A stretch of 64,000 nt of DNA, taken from a virus. The stretch is taken from IMG/VR virus record IMGVR_UViG_3300027797_000020, positions 30,329 through 94,328 of that record; one strand, 5' to 3'. A model generated the notes under the pieces. That model did no database searches, was not told the origin of the DNA, and worked only from the letters and a program-made list of their open reading frames with translations. Position 1 is the stretch's first letter. Each line of letters starts with the position of its first letter. The translations under genes and the position numbers were made by a program. This document shows positions 29,444-40,216 of the stretch, one piece after another.

Positions 29444-29472
29444 TTGACAATACAACAAGGCGGACTTATACT
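29444..29472 (+). promoter_or_regulatory. sigma70-type promoter for the replication block
   Basis: TTGACA (29444-29449), 17-bp spacer, TATACT (29467-29472), 25 nt upstream of the SSB ATG. Confidence 0.7.
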
Positions 29473-29497
29473 TTAATAAACAAATAAACTAAATTTT

Positions 29498-30361
29498 ATG
29501 GCGACAAGTACATTAGATTCAGTGTTAGCTCAATACGAGAAAGCACAACAAGGTGGTTACCCTTCAAACAGTAACAAAATGAGTCAAGACGAGCGAATGA
29601 AAAAATATTTCGCAGCTATCTTGAAAGATAATGAGAAACAAGGTTCTAAGAGATTAAGAATTCTCCCAACACCTGATGGTTCTTCACCCTTTGTAGAAGT
29701 GTGGTTCCACGAAATGTTTATCGACGGGAAATGGATTAAATTGTATGACCCTGGTATGAACGACAATGAACGTTCACCTTTGAACGAAGTTCACGAAGAA
29801 TTAACCATTGATGGTGATAAAGAACTTGCAAAAAACTACAAATCACGTAAATTTTACATCGTTAAAGTTATTGACCGTGATAAAGAAGAAGATGGTCCTA
29901 AATTTTGGAGATTTAAACACAATTACAAAAACGAGGGTATCTTAGACAAAATCATACCAATTTGGAGAAACAAAGGTGACATCACCGATGCTGACAAAGG
30001 TAGAGACCTTATCCTTGAAATGACGAAAGCAAAAACTAACCAAGGTAAAGAATACACAGTTATTCAAACGGTTATGTATGATGACCCGGCTTCATTACAC
30101 GAAGATGGTGATACGAAAAACTCTTGGGTTAATGATGAATTAACTTGGAAAGATGTTTATTCTAAAAAACCTGTAGAATATTTAGAAGCGATTGCTCGTG
30201 GTGAAACTCCTAAATGGGATAATGACCAAGGTAAATACGTTTACGGTGACTCAACTCAAGCTGAGGAATCATTTGGAGGTTCAAAACCTAAAAGTGAACC
30301 TAAATCAGTTATTGTTGACCCACAAGTTAACGCTGAGGTAGACGAAGATTTACCATTCTAA
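29498..30361 (+). CDS. Single-stranded DNA-binding protein (T4 gp32-like)
   Basis: RLRILP...PFVEVWFH, YIVKVIDRD, DITD..KGRDL; acidic tail ending DEDLPF. Confidence 0.8.
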   Translation: MATSTLDSVLAQYEKAQQGGYPSNSNKMSQDERMKKYFAAILKDNEKQGSKRLRILPTPDGSSPFVEVWFHEMFIDGKWIKLYDPGMNDNERSPLNEVHEELTIDGDKELAKNYKSRKFYIVKVIDRDKEEDGPKFWRFKHNYKNEGILDKIIPIWRNKGDITDADKGRDLILEMTKAKTNQGKEYTVIQTVMYDDPASLHEDGDTKNSWVNDELTWKDVYSKKPVEYLEAIARGETPKWDNDQGKYVYGDSTQAEESFGGSKPKSEPKSVIVDPQVNAEVDEDLPF

Positions 30362-30377
30362 CAAAAAACCTATAGAT

Positions 30378-30410
30378 AGGTACTGATTGATAAAGTCAGT
30401 ACCTTTTTTT
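30378..30410 (+). terminator. Terminator/attenuator after SSB
   Basis: AGGTACTGA-N9-TCAGTACCT followed by T-run. Confidence 0.7.
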
Positions 30411-30435
30411 ATCTTTTATTTAAATTAAATTATAT

Positions 30436-31437
30436 ATGGCAGTAAAGAAAAAAGATTTTTCATTAGAATCAATCAAAGGTAAGTTTTCGACAAAGACAAA
30501 ATATAAACCTGACAGTTTTTATGACTGTGGTGAAGAGTTCACTGAGGCTTGTGGTCTACCTGGTCCAAGTAAAGGACATATTAATATGTTCTTAGGTCAC
30601 TCAAACTCATCTAAAACAACGGCAATGATTTTGGCTGCGGCGAATGCTCAAAAACAAGGTGATTTACCTGTTTTCGTTATAACTGAAAGAAAATGGAATT
30701 GGGAACACGCGGTTGAATTAGGTCTTCAAGCAGAACAAAACTCTGAGGGGGAATGGGATGGTAACTTTATCTTCAATGATAGTTTCGATTACATTGAACA
30801 AGCAACTGATTTTATTAACCAAATTTTGGATGCTCAAGACAAAGGTGAAATTCCTTACAACATTGTATTTTTATGGGATTCTGTCGGTTCAATTCCTTGT
30901 AAGATGACATTTGACGGTAAAGGTGGTAAACAACATAACGCCGCAACATTTGCCGACAAAATAGGTATGGGTATTTCTGCAAGAATATCTAAAACTAAAA
31001 AAGAAGATGTTCCATATTGGGCGAGTATGGTTGTTATTAATCAACCTTGGGTTGAATTACCTGACAATCCATTTGGACAACCTGAGATTAAAGCAAAAGG
31101 TGGTGAGGCGATATGGTTAGCGTCTTCATTGGTGTTCTTATTTGGTAATCAGAAGAAAGCAGGTATCAACCACATTACCGCAACTAAAAACAATAGAACA
31201 GTTGTTTACGCAACAAGAACAAAAATCTCAATATTGAAGAATCACGTAAATGGGTTATCATATAAAGATGGTAAAATATTAGCAGTTCCTCAAGGTTATA
31301 TCAAAGATGATAAAGCGGCTATTGAGAAATACAAAAAAGAATTTTCCGAATATTGGAATAAGAAGTTAGGTGGTGAGGGAGACTTTAAACTTAGTGAAGT
31401 GTTTGTCCCAACAGAGGAAGAAGAGTTAGAAGATTGA
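30436..31437 (+). CDS. recA: RecA/UvsX-like recombinase
   Basis: Walker A-like GHSNSSKTT, ITE, Walker B VFLWDSVG, VINQ, KGGEAI, ILKNHV. Confidence 0.85.
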   Translation: MAVKKKDFSLESIKGKFSTKTKYKPDSFYDCGEEFTEACGLPGPSKGHINMFLGHSNSSKTTAMILAAANAQKQGDLPVFVITERKWNWEHAVELGLQAEQNSEGEWDGNFIFNDSFDYIEQATDFINQILDAQDKGEIPYNIVFLWDSVGSIPCKMTFDGKGGKQHNAATFADKIGMGISARISKTKKEDVPYWASMVVINQPWVELPDNPFGQPEIKAKGGEAIWLASSLVFLFGNQKKAGINHITATKNNRTVVYATRTKISILKNHVNGLSYKDGKILAVPQGYIKDDKAAIEKYKKEFSEYWNKKLGGEGDFKLSEVFVPTEEEELED

Positions 31438-31462
31438 TTGTAGAACCATTTAATGGTAAAAA

Positions 31463-32464
31463 ATGACTAAAACCTTTTTGGTTGATGGAAACAACCTAAT
31501 TAAAATTGGTGTTCACGGGGTGAAAGATTTCTTTCACTCCGGAAAACACATAGGTGGGGTGTGGCACTTTATAAACACACTACGACGATTTATTGATACT
31601 GAAAATTTTGATAAAGTTGTTGTATTTTGGGATGGTGAAGAAAATTCATTGTCTCGAAAAATATTATACCCCCAATACAAAGCAAATCGAAAGACCCCTT
31701 TTGATTTAACCAAAGAAGATTCTATTACCGAACAAAAGGAACGTGTTAAACAATACTTGGAAGAGTTGTTTATAAGACAGGTGTTGGTCGATAAGAACGA
31801 AGCTGATGATTTGATTGCTTATTATTGTCAAATCTCACCTGATGAAGATAAAACGATATATTCAGGAGACCGTGATTTAACTCAATTGATTTCCGAAAAT
31901 GTTAGAATTTATTTACCTGATTTGAAACAATATTTTAAACTTGGTGACAACATTAAGTTTAAGGATATTGAAATTCCCCATTATAACGTTAAGACTTACA
32001 AGATAATAGCCGGTGATAAATCGGATAACATAGATGGTATCTATTACCTTGGTGATAAGACTTTGGTTAAATTATTTCCTGAGCTACTTGACCGAGAAGT
32101 AAAATTCACCGATATTTTAGAAAAGGCTGAAATTCTACACAAAGAAGATAAGGATAACAAAGTGTTACAAAATCTTTTAACGGGTAAAACTAAGAGTGGG
32201 ATTTATGGTGATGAATTTTTTGTCATCAATGAAAAGATAGTTGATTTGTCAAACCCTTTAATAACTGAAGATGGGAAAAACGTAGTAAATGAATATTATT
32301 CAGAAACCTTGGACCCGGATGGTCGAGGTCACAGGAATGTTATCAAGATGATGATGGAAGATGGGTTCTTCAAATTCCTACCGAAAGGAGACAATGCTTG
32401 GGTGAATTTTTTAACACCCTTTTTAAGATTAACAAGAAAAGAAAAAAGAAAGTTTAATAAATAA
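31463..32464 (+). CDS. 5'-3' exonuclease / flap endonuclease (T4 RNase H, PolI N-terminal-like)
   Basis: LVDGNNL, VFWDG, YPQYKANR, EADDLIA, SGDRDLTQL, GDKSDNIDGI..LG.KT. Confidence 0.92.
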   Translation: MTKTFLVDGNNLIKIGVHGVKDFFHSGKHIGGVWHFINTLRRFIDTENFDKVVVFWDGEENSLSRKILYPQYKANRKTPFDLTKEDSITEQKERVKQYLEELFIRQVLVDKNEADDLIAYYCQISPDEDKTIYSGDRDLTQLISENVRIYLPDLKQYFKLGDNIKFKDIEIPHYNVKTYKIIAGDKSDNIDGIYYLGDKTLVKLFPELLDREVKFTDILEKAEILHKEDKDNKVLQNLLTGKTKSGIYGDEFFVINEKIVDLSNPLITEDGKNVVNEYYSETLDPDGRGHRNVIKMMMEDGFFKFLPKGDNAWVNFLTPFLRLTRKEKRKFNK

Positions 32465-32469
32465 AAATT

Positions 32470-32925
32470 ATGAAAGAACAACACGATTCAACAAAGTTAG
32501 AGTTTTTAATGAAAGTTAACGATAACATCATCGTTCAACGATTTTTTAACGTAAGAGAATTTAATCCTAAAGCGAAAAGTTCAACAGAATTATATGATTT
32601 AATTCGTGAATTTAAAGATGATTTAGAAAAACAATTGAAGATGAAAACGGTTACATATATGTTGGATAATATGTATGAAATTTCTAATAACCCAACGGTT
32701 TTAGATACATCATATACTGACGGACCTGAGTATTTTAATGTCTACATCAAACAAGGTGATGTAACAATTTTTAACCGTCAAATCGACGCGAAAATTTACC
32801 CACCAAAAATAAGATACACCGTGGATGTACGCCCACACCTAAAAAACTTACTTATGTCATTAACTGACATTTTTTCATCTGAAAATTTATCTTACGAATA
32901 CCTTAATGTTAGACAAGACGCGTAA
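32470..32925 (+). CDS. Hypothetical protein in replication block
   Basis: 151-aa ORF tightly packed between exonuclease and helicase. Confidence 0.7.
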   Translation: MKEQHDSTKLEFLMKVNDNIIVQRFFNVREFNPKAKSSTELYDLIREFKDDLEKQLKMKTVTYMLDNMYEISNNPTVLDTSYTDGPEYFNVYIKQGDVTIFNRQIDAKIYPPKIRYTVDVRPHLKNLLMSLTDIFSSENLSYEYLNVRQDA

Positions 32926-32952
32926 TATTTATTTAAAAATCAATTTTATAAT

Positions 32953-34365
32953 ATGAGTTCAAATAAAAATTTCGAGTACTTAGGTAGTGGGTTTCAGCTA
33001 CAATTATTAAACCAAATCATTGTCGATAAAGACTTCGCAAGGTCTATTATCGACGTGATTGAGGTAAATTACTTTGAGAATAAATACTTTAAGTTAATCA
33101 TCCAAATGATTAGAGAGTATTATTCAAAATATGAACACGTTCCAACTTTCGATACGTTGGAGCAAATTACAAAATCGGAATTACAACAAGAAACTGCATC
33201 TAAAATTGTTATAGATACTATTAGTAAAATAAAAGACGCACCAATCGAAGGAGGTGATTTTGTTCAAGAAAAAGCGATGAAATTCTGTAAACAACAAGAG
33301 TTACAGAAAGTGATGAACAAAGCTCAAAAAATCATTGATGGTGGTGAATTTGAAAACTACGACAAAGTAGAACAATTAGTTAGAACTGCACTACAAGTTG
33401 GGGAAAGAGAAGATGGTATGACTAACGTTTTCTCTAATTTAGAAGAGGTTTTAGACGAGGATTATAGACATCCTATACCAATGGGTATTTCAGGTATAGA
33501 TAAACTCTTAAAAGGGGGGTTAGCTAAAGGTGAAATCGGGGTGGTACTAGCACCAACAGGTGTGGGTAAAACTACATTGATGACTAAAATCACAAATCAC
33601 GCGTTTAACCTTGGTTATAACGTATTACAATTATTTTTTGAAGATAATCCTAAGATTATTCAAAGAAAACATATAACTTTGTGGACTAAAATACATCCTG
33701 ATGAATTAACAATTCGTAAAGATGAGGTAATTACCAAAGTTAACGAGATTAGGGCGACAATGCCAAATCAGTTAATTTTGAAGAAACTACCTTCTGATAC
33801 GATAACAATGTTACAAATCAAGAACCAAGTTAGAAAAATGATTGCTGATGGTATTAAGATTGATATGATTTCTTTAGATTATATTGATTGTGTATTACCT
33901 GACAAGAATTTAGGTGACGAATGGAAGTCTGAAGGTTCAGTAATGAGAGCATTTGAGGCGATGTGTCACGAGTTAAACTTAGTAGGTTGGACCGCAACTC
34001 AAGGTAATAGAAGTTCAATTTCTGCGGATGTTGTTACTACAGACCAAATGGGGGGTTCAATTAAAAAGGCACAAGTTGGTCACGTAATTATTTCAGTTGC
34101 GAAATCATTACAACAAAAAGAAATGAAATTGGCGACAATTGCGATTACAAAATCACGTATCGGTGATGACGGTGTAGTATTTGAGAATTGTAAATTTGAT
34201 AATGGTATGTTAGATATTGATACTGAAGCGTCAGTAACATTCTTAGGTCTTGAAGAACAAAACGAACAAAAACAACGTGATAAGGTTCGTGAATTGTTGG
34301 ATAAGAGACGTGAACGTGAGGAGGAAAAAAGAAAAAACAATAATAACAATAACAACAATAATTAA
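32953..34365 (+). CDS. dnaB: Replicative DNA helicase (DnaB / T4 gp41-like)
   Basis: [38 protein letters not shown]. Confidence 0.92.
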   Translation: MSSNKNFEYLGSGFQLQLLNQIIVDKDFARSIIDVIEVNYFENKYFKLIIQMIREYYSKYEHVPTFDTLEQITKSELQQETASKIVIDTISKIKDAPIEGGDFVQEKAMKFCKQQELQKVMNKAQKIIDGGEFENYDKVEQLVRTALQVGEREDGMTNVFSNLEEVLDEDYRHPIPMGISGIDKLLKGGLAKGEIGVVLAPTGVGKTTLMTKITNHAFNLGYNVLQLFFEDNPKIIQRKHITLWTKIHPDELTIRKDEVITKVNEIRATMPNQLILKKLPSDTITMLQIKNQVRKMIADGIKIDMISLDYIDCVLPDKNLGDEWKSEGSVMRAFEAMCHELNLVGWTATQGNRSSISADVVTTDQMGGSIKKAQVGHVIISVAKSLQQKEMKLATIAITKSRIGDDGVVFENCKFDNGMLDIDTEASVTFLGLEEQNEQKQRDKVRELLDKRREREEEKRKNNNNNNNNN

Positions 34366-34370
34366 TAATT

Positions 34371-35318
34371 ATGGAAAATATTTTAGTACCAAATCCTGAC
34401 AGATTCGTAGTATTCCCAATACAACATCACGATATTTGGCAATTTTACAAAGACCACAAAGCGGCTTTTTGGACGGCGGAAGAATTTGATTTAAGTGATG
34501 ACATTAGAGATTGGGAAAACTTATCAGATAATGAAAAATATTTTATCAAAAATATCTTAGCGTTTTTCGCGGCGTCGGACGGTATTGTTAATGAAAACAT
34601 TGCTGAGAACTTCGCAAGAGAAGTTCAGTACGCTGAGGCGAAATTCTTCTACGGGTTTCAAGTTGCTATGGAGAACGAACACTCATTAACATATTCTTTA
34701 TTGATTGATACTTATATCACAGACTCTAAGGAAAAAGATGATTGTTTTCACGCAATTGACAAGTTAGAGGCGGTTCAAAAGAAAGCTAAATGGGCTTTGG
34801 ATTGGATTGACAACTCATCTTTTCAAGAACGATTAATTGCATTTGTTGCGGTGGAAGGGATATTTTTTTCAGGTTCATTCTGTTCAATATTTTGGTTGAA
34901 ATCAAGAGGGATTATGCAAGGTTTATGTGACGCGAACTCTTTGATTTTCAAAGACGAGAATCTTCACTGTGACTTCGCTATTCACTTATTAAACAATCAT
35001 ATTGTTGACAGACCAAGTGAGAAACGAATTAAAGAAATTTTACTTTCAGCGTTGGATATTGAAAAAGAATTTATAACCGAATCATTACCTGTTTCTTTAA
35101 TTGGAATGAATTCTAATTTAATGAAACAATATTTAGAATTTGTGGTTGATGGTCTATTATACAAGTTAGGTTGTAGTAAAGAATTTAATGTCGAACAACC
35201 TTTCAAGTTTATGGAACAAATTGCGGTTGAAACAAAAGGTAACTTCTTTGAAAATAGAACCCTTGAATATCAAAAGGCAAAATTGAATGAATCAATTACG
35301 TTCACAGAAGAGTTCTAA
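34371..35318 (+). CDS. nrdB: Ribonucleotide reductase class Ia beta subunit
   Basis: [42 protein letters not shown]. Confidence 0.96.
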   Translation: MENILVPNPDRFVVFPIQHHDIWQFYKDHKAAFWTAEEFDLSDDIRDWENLSDNEKYFIKNILAFFAASDGIVNENIAENFAREVQYAEAKFFYGFQVAMENEHSLTYSLLIDTYITDSKEKDDCFHAIDKLEAVQKKAKWALDWIDNSSFQERLIAFVAVEGIFFSGSFCSIFWLKSRGIMQGLCDANSLIFKDENLHCDFAIHLLNNHIVDRPSEKRIKEILLSALDIEKEFITESLPVSLIGMNSNLMKQYLEFVVDGLLYKLGCSKEFNVEQPFKFMEQIAVETKGNFFENRTLEYQKAKLNESITFTEEF

Positions 35319-35336
35319 TAAAATATTATAATTAAT

Positions 35337-37751
35337 ATGATGTCATTAAAGATTAAAAAAAGAAACGGGGAGAAACAATCGTTTAATCCTCAAAAAATTT
35401 ACAACAGAGTTAAGAAGGCGGCTAAAGGTCTTAATGTTAACTTTGATGAGATTTTCATTAAAGTGACTACTTCTCTACCAACTGAGGGGTATATCACAAC
35501 AAAAGAGTTGGACAAATTGGTGTATGAAATTGCTTCATCATACACCGGTAGTCATCACGATTACTCAAGATTAGCATCATCTGTGGCTATTTCAGCATAT
35601 CACAAAGACACTATTGATAGTTTCAGTGAGACTATGCACGTATTACATACGGAAGGTGTTATACACGATAATTTGATGAGTGTTATTGAGAAATACGGAC
35701 CAAGTAATATTGATTCGTTAATTAATCACGAAAATGATTATAACTTCGATTTTTTCGCTTGGAAAGCATTACAAGAAATGTATTTGTTGAAATTACCTAA
35801 CGGTAAGGTTATTGAAAGACCACAACATATGTATATGAGGATTGCGTTGTGGGTGACTGATAGTTACGAAGAGGCGGTTGATTATTACAAATCATTGTCA
35901 GAACAAAGAATTTCTAAAGCAACCCCAATTATGATTAACTCAGGGACGTTAATCCCTCAGTTAGCATCGTGTGTATTACATTACAACAATTCGGATTCAA
36001 GACAAGGGTTGTTAGGTACGTTAAATGACATTTCAACATACTCATCAGACGCTGCGGGTATTGGGTTATGTATGTCAAATCAAAGAAGTAAAGAAAGTCG
36101 TATTACTACTTCAGGTGGTTTTGCGGGTGGATTATTAAAGTATCTTAAAATTGTGAATGAATCATTAAGATTCTTTAATCAACAAGGTAGAAGACCTGGT
36201 AGTGCCGCTATCTACATCGAACCTTGGCATAAAGACATTTTTGATTTATTAGATATCAAAAAGAACACAGGTAAAGATGAGTTAAGAGCGAGAGACTTGT
36301 TCACGGCATTATGGATTCCTGACAACTTTATGCACGCGGTTAGAAACAATGCTGATTGGTATTTGTTCTGTCCTAATGACATTAAGAAAGCGGGTATCAA
36401 ACCATTACAAGAGTCTTACGGGGATGAATATGAAGCTAATTACGCAAAGGCGGTTGAGTTAGGTCTTGGTAAAAAAGTAAGTGCGACTGAGGTGTGGACT
36501 AAAATTATTGAATCACAAATAGAAACAGGTGTTCCTTATTTATGTTCTAAAGATAATGCTAATAAGAAAACTAACCACCAAAACATTGGGGTTATTCACC
36601 AATCTAACTTATGTGCTGAGATTTTCCAATATACGGATGAAGAAACAACTGCGATTTGTACGTTATCTTCTATGGTGTTGAAAAACTTCATCGTTGATGG
36701 GAAATTCAACTTCAAATTATTGTATGATGAGGTTAGAAAAGTAACAAGAACGTTAAATAAAGTTATTAACATTAATAGTTACTCAACTGAAAAAGGACTT
36801 AAAGGTGGTTTAGAACAAAGAGCAATTGCGATTGGGACTCAAGGTTTGGCTGACGTATTTTACTTATTAGATTACGTATTCACATCTGAGGAGGCAAGAA
36901 AATTAAATAAACAAATTTTCGAAACAATTTACTTCGCGGCTATTACTGAAAGTAACCAATTATGTATTGAAGAAAAATACGAACCATATAAATTCTTTGA
37001 AGGTTCACCAATGTCAAACGGAGTCTTCCAATTTGATATGTGGGACTTAACTGAAGATGATTTATCAGGAATGTGGGATTGGAATTCATTAAAAGATAGT
37101 GTTATGAAATATGGTATTTGTAACTCATTATTCACGGCTCAAATGCCTGTTGCGTCTTCAGCGAAGATTACGGGGTCATTTGAAATGACTGAACCAGCTC
37201 ACTCAGCGTTATTTAACAGACGTGTTGTGGGTGGTGAAATTTTAATTGTAAACAAGTATTTAATTCAAGATTTTGAGAAAATTGGTATTTGGAGTGAGGA
37301 CTTGAAAAATGATATCATTATTAATGAAGGGTCAATTCAAAATATTAACTTCAATAATTATTTAGATGTTGAAGATAAAAACTACAATAAAAAAGTAACA
37401 CGTATTGAACATTTAATGTTAAAATACAAAACAATTTGGGAGATTTCACAAAGGGAGTTGATTGATATGGCGGCTGAAAGAGCTCCGTTTATTGACCAAT
37501 CACAATCAATGAACATCTATATGAGTAATCCAACATTGTCTAAAATTACCTCATCACACTTCCACGGATGGGATAAAGGATTGAAAACGTTAAGTTATTA
37601 TATTAGAACTAAGGCGATTTCCACGGGGGCAAAACATTTAGCGGTTGATATGTCAAAAAGAGAAAAACCAAGAAATGAAAAACCTGTTGTTGAAGTTGTA
37701 CCAACAAAACCTGCGGATTCTGAATTCGAATGTTTTGGTTGTTCATCATAA
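35337..37751 (+). CDS. nrdA: Ribonucleotide reductase class Ia alpha subunit with ATP cone
   Basis: N-terminal KIKKRNG ATP cone, ERPQHM, QLASC, SNLCAEI, ICTL, MPVASS, GLKTLSYY, C-terminal CFGCSS. Confidence 0.97.
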   Translation: MMSLKIKKRNGEKQSFNPQKIYNRVKKAAKGLNVNFDEIFIKVTTSLPTEGYITTKELDKLVYEIASSYTGSHHDYSRLASSVAISAYHKDTIDSFSETMHVLHTEGVIHDNLMSVIEKYGPSNIDSLINHENDYNFDFFAWKALQEMYLLKLPNGKVIERPQHMYMRIALWVTDSYEEAVDYYKSLSEQRISKATPIMINSGTLIPQLASCVLHYNNSDSRQGLLGTLNDISTYSSDAAGIGLCMSNQRSKESRITTSGGFAGGLLKYLKIVNESLRFFNQQGRRPGSAAIYIEPWHKDIFDLLDIKKNTGKDELRARDLFTALWIPDNFMHAVRNNADWYLFCPNDIKKAGIKPLQESYGDEYEANYAKAVELGLGKKVSATEVWTKIIESQIETGVPYLCSKDNANKKTNHQNIGVIHQSNLCAEIFQYTDEETTAICTLSSMVLKNFIVDGKFNFKLLYDEVRKVTRTLNKVININSYSTEKGLKGGLEQRAIAIGTQGLADVFYLLDYVFTSEEARKLNKQIFETIYFAAITESNQLCIEEKYEPYKFFEGSPMSNGVFQFDMWDLTEDDLSGMWDWNSLKDSVMKYGICNSLFTAQMPVASSAKITGSFEMTEPAHSALFNRRVVGGEILIVNKYLIQDFEKIGIWSEDLKNDIIINEGSIQNINFNNYLDVEDKNYNKKVTRIEHLMLKYKTIWEISQRELIDMAAERAPFIDQSQSMNIYMSNPTLSKITSSHFHGWDKGLKTLSYYIRTKAISTGAKHLAVDMSKREKPRNEKPVVEVVPTKPADSEFECFGCSS

Positions 37752-37766
37752 CAAATCGTAAATTTT

Positions 37767-37796
37767 AAAAACTCTCGGCACTGTCGGGAGTTTTTT
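37767..37796 (+). terminator. Rho-independent terminator after nrdA
   Basis: AAAACTCTCGGC...GTCGGGAGTTTT stem with T-run. Confidence 0.75.
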
Positions 37797-37846
37797 ATTT
37801 TATATGGGTATACAAAAAAATTATTACCACATTATATTTATGTAAT

Positions 37847-38305
37847 ATGGCAAACGGAAATACATATGGTATTAATTTTCCTTTTAGAGATTCTTACGAT
37901 GGTAAATATTTAGATTTATCGGAGAGTAATCAGGAAGAAATACGTACTAATTTAATTCACCTTTTACTTACAAGAAAAGGTACGAGGTATTATTTACCTG
38001 ATTTTGGGACCCGACTATATGAATATATTTTCGAACCAATGGATGGTCCAACATTTTCTGAGATTGAATCTGAGATTAGGGATTCGGTTAAAGAGTATAT
38101 TCCGGGTATTACTATAACAAATATGTCTGTAACGGCGGCTTCTGATGCTGAGGAGGATATGGGGACATTTGTTAATGGTAATGATGAGAGAGTATTTAGA
38201 GTTCCTGGTATTGGAACTAAAGAACATACCGCAAAAATTAAAATTGATTACTTGTTGAACGATGATGCGTTTAGTTCAAGTGATTTTGTGATTATAAATT
38301 TATAA
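37847..38305 (+). CDS. Baseplate wedge protein (T4 gp25 / GPW_gp25 family)
   Basis: YGINFPF, IRTNLIHLLLTRKGTRYYLPDFGTRLYEYIFEP. Confidence 0.9.
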   Translation: MANGNTYGINFPFRDSYDGKYLDLSESNQEEIRTNLIHLLLTRKGTRYYLPDFGTRLYEYIFEPMDGPTFSEIESEIRDSVKEYIPGITITNMSVTAASDAEEDMGTFVNGNDERVFRVPGIGTKEHTAKIKIDYLLNDDAFSSSDFVIINL

Positions 38306-38306
38306 T

Positions 38307-40145
38307 ATGGCAAATAAGAAAATTTCGTATACTACGAGGGATTTCCAATCAATAAGAACTGAGTTAGTTAACTTCACAAGAACTTATTACCCCGATTTAA
38401 TTGATAACGTAAATGATGCGGCGGTGTTTTCCGTGTTATTGGATTTAAACGCGGCGGTTACTGATAACTTACAATTTAATATTGATAGAAGTATTCAGGA
38501 AACTGTGTTACAATATGCACAACAAAGGTCATCAATTTATAATATTGCGAGAACTTATGGTTTGAAAGTGCCGGGTCAAAGACCGTCGGTTGCTTTAGTC
38601 GATTTCTCAATTACAGTTCCGGCTTACGGTGATAAAGAAGATTTACGTTACTGTGGTATTTTAAGACGTGGGTCTCAAGTGAACGGGGCGGGTCAAGTTT
38701 TTGAAACGGTGTACGATATTGACTTCGCATCCCCAATTAATGGTGACGGATTCCCAAATAGAATAAAAGTACCTAATTTTGATTCAAATAATAAATTGAT
38801 TAATTATACAATCACTAAACGTGAGACTGTGGTTAATGGTACTACAAAAGTGTATAAAAAAACAATAACACCCAACGATGTTAAACCATTTTTTGAAATA
38901 TTTTTACCTGAGAAAAATGTGTTGGGGGTAACGAGTGTTTTACTAAAAGATGGGACACAATATGCTAATGTTCCTTCAAACGGAGAATTCTTAGGGTTGG
39001 ATAATAGATGGTATGAGGTTAAAGCCTTGGCTGAAGATAGAGTCTTTGTTGAGGACCCAACTAAGGTGTCTGATAACCCCGGAATTAAAGTTGGTAAGTA
39101 TATGTCAACAAGTGATAAATTCATCACTGAATTCACTCCTGAAGGTTTCTTTAAAATGACATTTGGTGGTGGTAGTCAATCGGCAGACGAACAACTAAGA
39201 GAATTCGCCCGAAACGGTTATAATTTAAATCTTTATAAGTATTCAAATAACTTTGCGTTAGGTAGTACTTTAAAATCAAACTCAACATTATTCGTCCAAT
39301 ATAGAATAGGTGGTGGTACGTCAAGTAATTTAGGTGTGAATGTTATAACACAAATTGGTACAGTATCATTTGCAGTCAATGGACCGTCGGAATCTGTTAA
39401 TACAACAGTTGTTAACTCATTAAGATGTAATAACGTAACCGCTGCGATTGGAGGTGCGGATTTCCCAACAGTTGAAGAGGTTAGAAATTTAGTATCATAT
39501 AACTTCTCGGCTCAAAACAGAGCGGTAACAATTAATGATTATGATTCGTTAATTAGGACAATGCCCTCACAATTTGGAGCCCCTGCGAAAGTTGCGATAA
39601 CTGAAGAAAACAATAAGATTATCATAAAAATGTTGTCATATGATGAATCAGGTAAGTTAACTGAAATTGTTTCTGACACATTAAAGAATAATGTGGCAAA
39701 TTACTTATCTAACTTCCGAATGATGAATGATTATATCTCAATTCAGACTGCAAATGTTATTGATTTGGGGGTAACTATTGATGTTGTGTTAAATGGTAGT
39801 CAAAATCAAGGTTCAACAATCTCACAAATAATCAATACGGTTTCGGACTTTTTTGAGCCGGGTAATAGACAGATGGGTGAGAATGTGAATGTTTCTGAGG
39901 TTAGACGTTTATTACAATCATTGGATGGTGTTATATCATTGTCTGATATTAAAATGTTCAACAAAGTTGGGGGACAATACTCGTCATCACAAACATCACA
40001 AAGATACTCCGATAGTGCTACGAGAGAGATTGAATTGGTTGATGATACTATATTTGCGGAACCAAGTCAAACTTATCAGGTTAGATATCCGAGTAAAGAT
40101 ATTAATGTCAGAGTTAAGAATCTAACGACAACTAATTTTACTTGA
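38307..40145 (+). CDS. Baseplate wedge protein (T4 gp6 / baseplate J-like)
   Basis: YTTRDFQSIR.EL, AQQRSSIYNIARTYG, FGGG, YRIGGG..SN, AQNRAVT..DY. Confidence 0.9.
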   Translation: MANKKISYTTRDFQSIRTELVNFTRTYYPDLIDNVNDAAVFSVLLDLNAAVTDNLQFNIDRSIQETVLQYAQQRSSIYNIARTYGLKVPGQRPSVALVDFSITVPAYGDKEDLRYCGILRRGSQVNGAGQVFETVYDIDFASPINGDGFPNRIKVPNFDSNNKLINYTITKRETVVNGTTKVYKKTITPNDVKPFFEIFLPEKNVLGVTSVLLKDGTQYANVPSNGEFLGLDNRWYEVKALAEDRVFVEDPTKVSDNPGIKVGKYMSTSDKFITEFTPEGFFKMTFGGGSQSADEQLREFARNGYNLNLYKYSNNFALGSTLKSNSTLFVQYRIGGGTSSNLGVNVITQIGTVSFAVNGPSESVNTTVVNSLRCNNVTAAIGGADFPTVEEVRNLVSYNFSAQNRAVTINDYDSLIRTMPSQFGAPAKVAITEENNKIIIKMLSYDESGKLTEIVSDTLKNNVANYLSNFRMMNDYISIQTANVIDLGVTIDVVLNGSQNQGSTISQIINTVSDFFEPGNRQMGENVNVSEVRRLLQSLDGVISLSDIKMFNKVGGQYSSSQTSQRYSDSATREIELVDDTIFAEPSQTYQVRYPSKDINVRVKNLTTTNFT

Positions 40146-40216
40146 TGATTTATTTTGAATTTTAATCATTTATCTTTTAAAAATAGCAGATAAACTATTT
40201 ATTATAAAAGAATAAA

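Noticed and set aside
30595-30621. Non-canonical RecA Walker A (GHSNSSKT) as a sign of inactivation
   Set aside because: Lys-Thr is retained and phage recombinases such as T4 UvsX also deviate at this Gly
34336-34362. Poly-Asn tail of DnaB
   Set aside because: Low-complexity AAT/AAC tract at a disordered terminus; no evidence of function
34371-37751. Eukaryotic giant virus origin suggested by eukaryote-like RNR, SNF2 and the plant-like GT
   Set aside because: Contractile tail genes, operon coupling and bacterial terminators indicate a bacteriophage; this RNR subclass also occurs in bacteria
2-37751. Inteins or introns in PolB, DnaB, RecA or NrdA
   Set aside because: Lengths are normal, ORFs uninterrupted, and no intein C/S...HN or LAGLIDADG motifs seen
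8034-40145. Bacterial extracellular contractile injection system or tailocin
   Set aside because: Interleaved with PolB, gp32-like SSB, helicase, RNR, RuvC and neck proteins, so this is a phage genome
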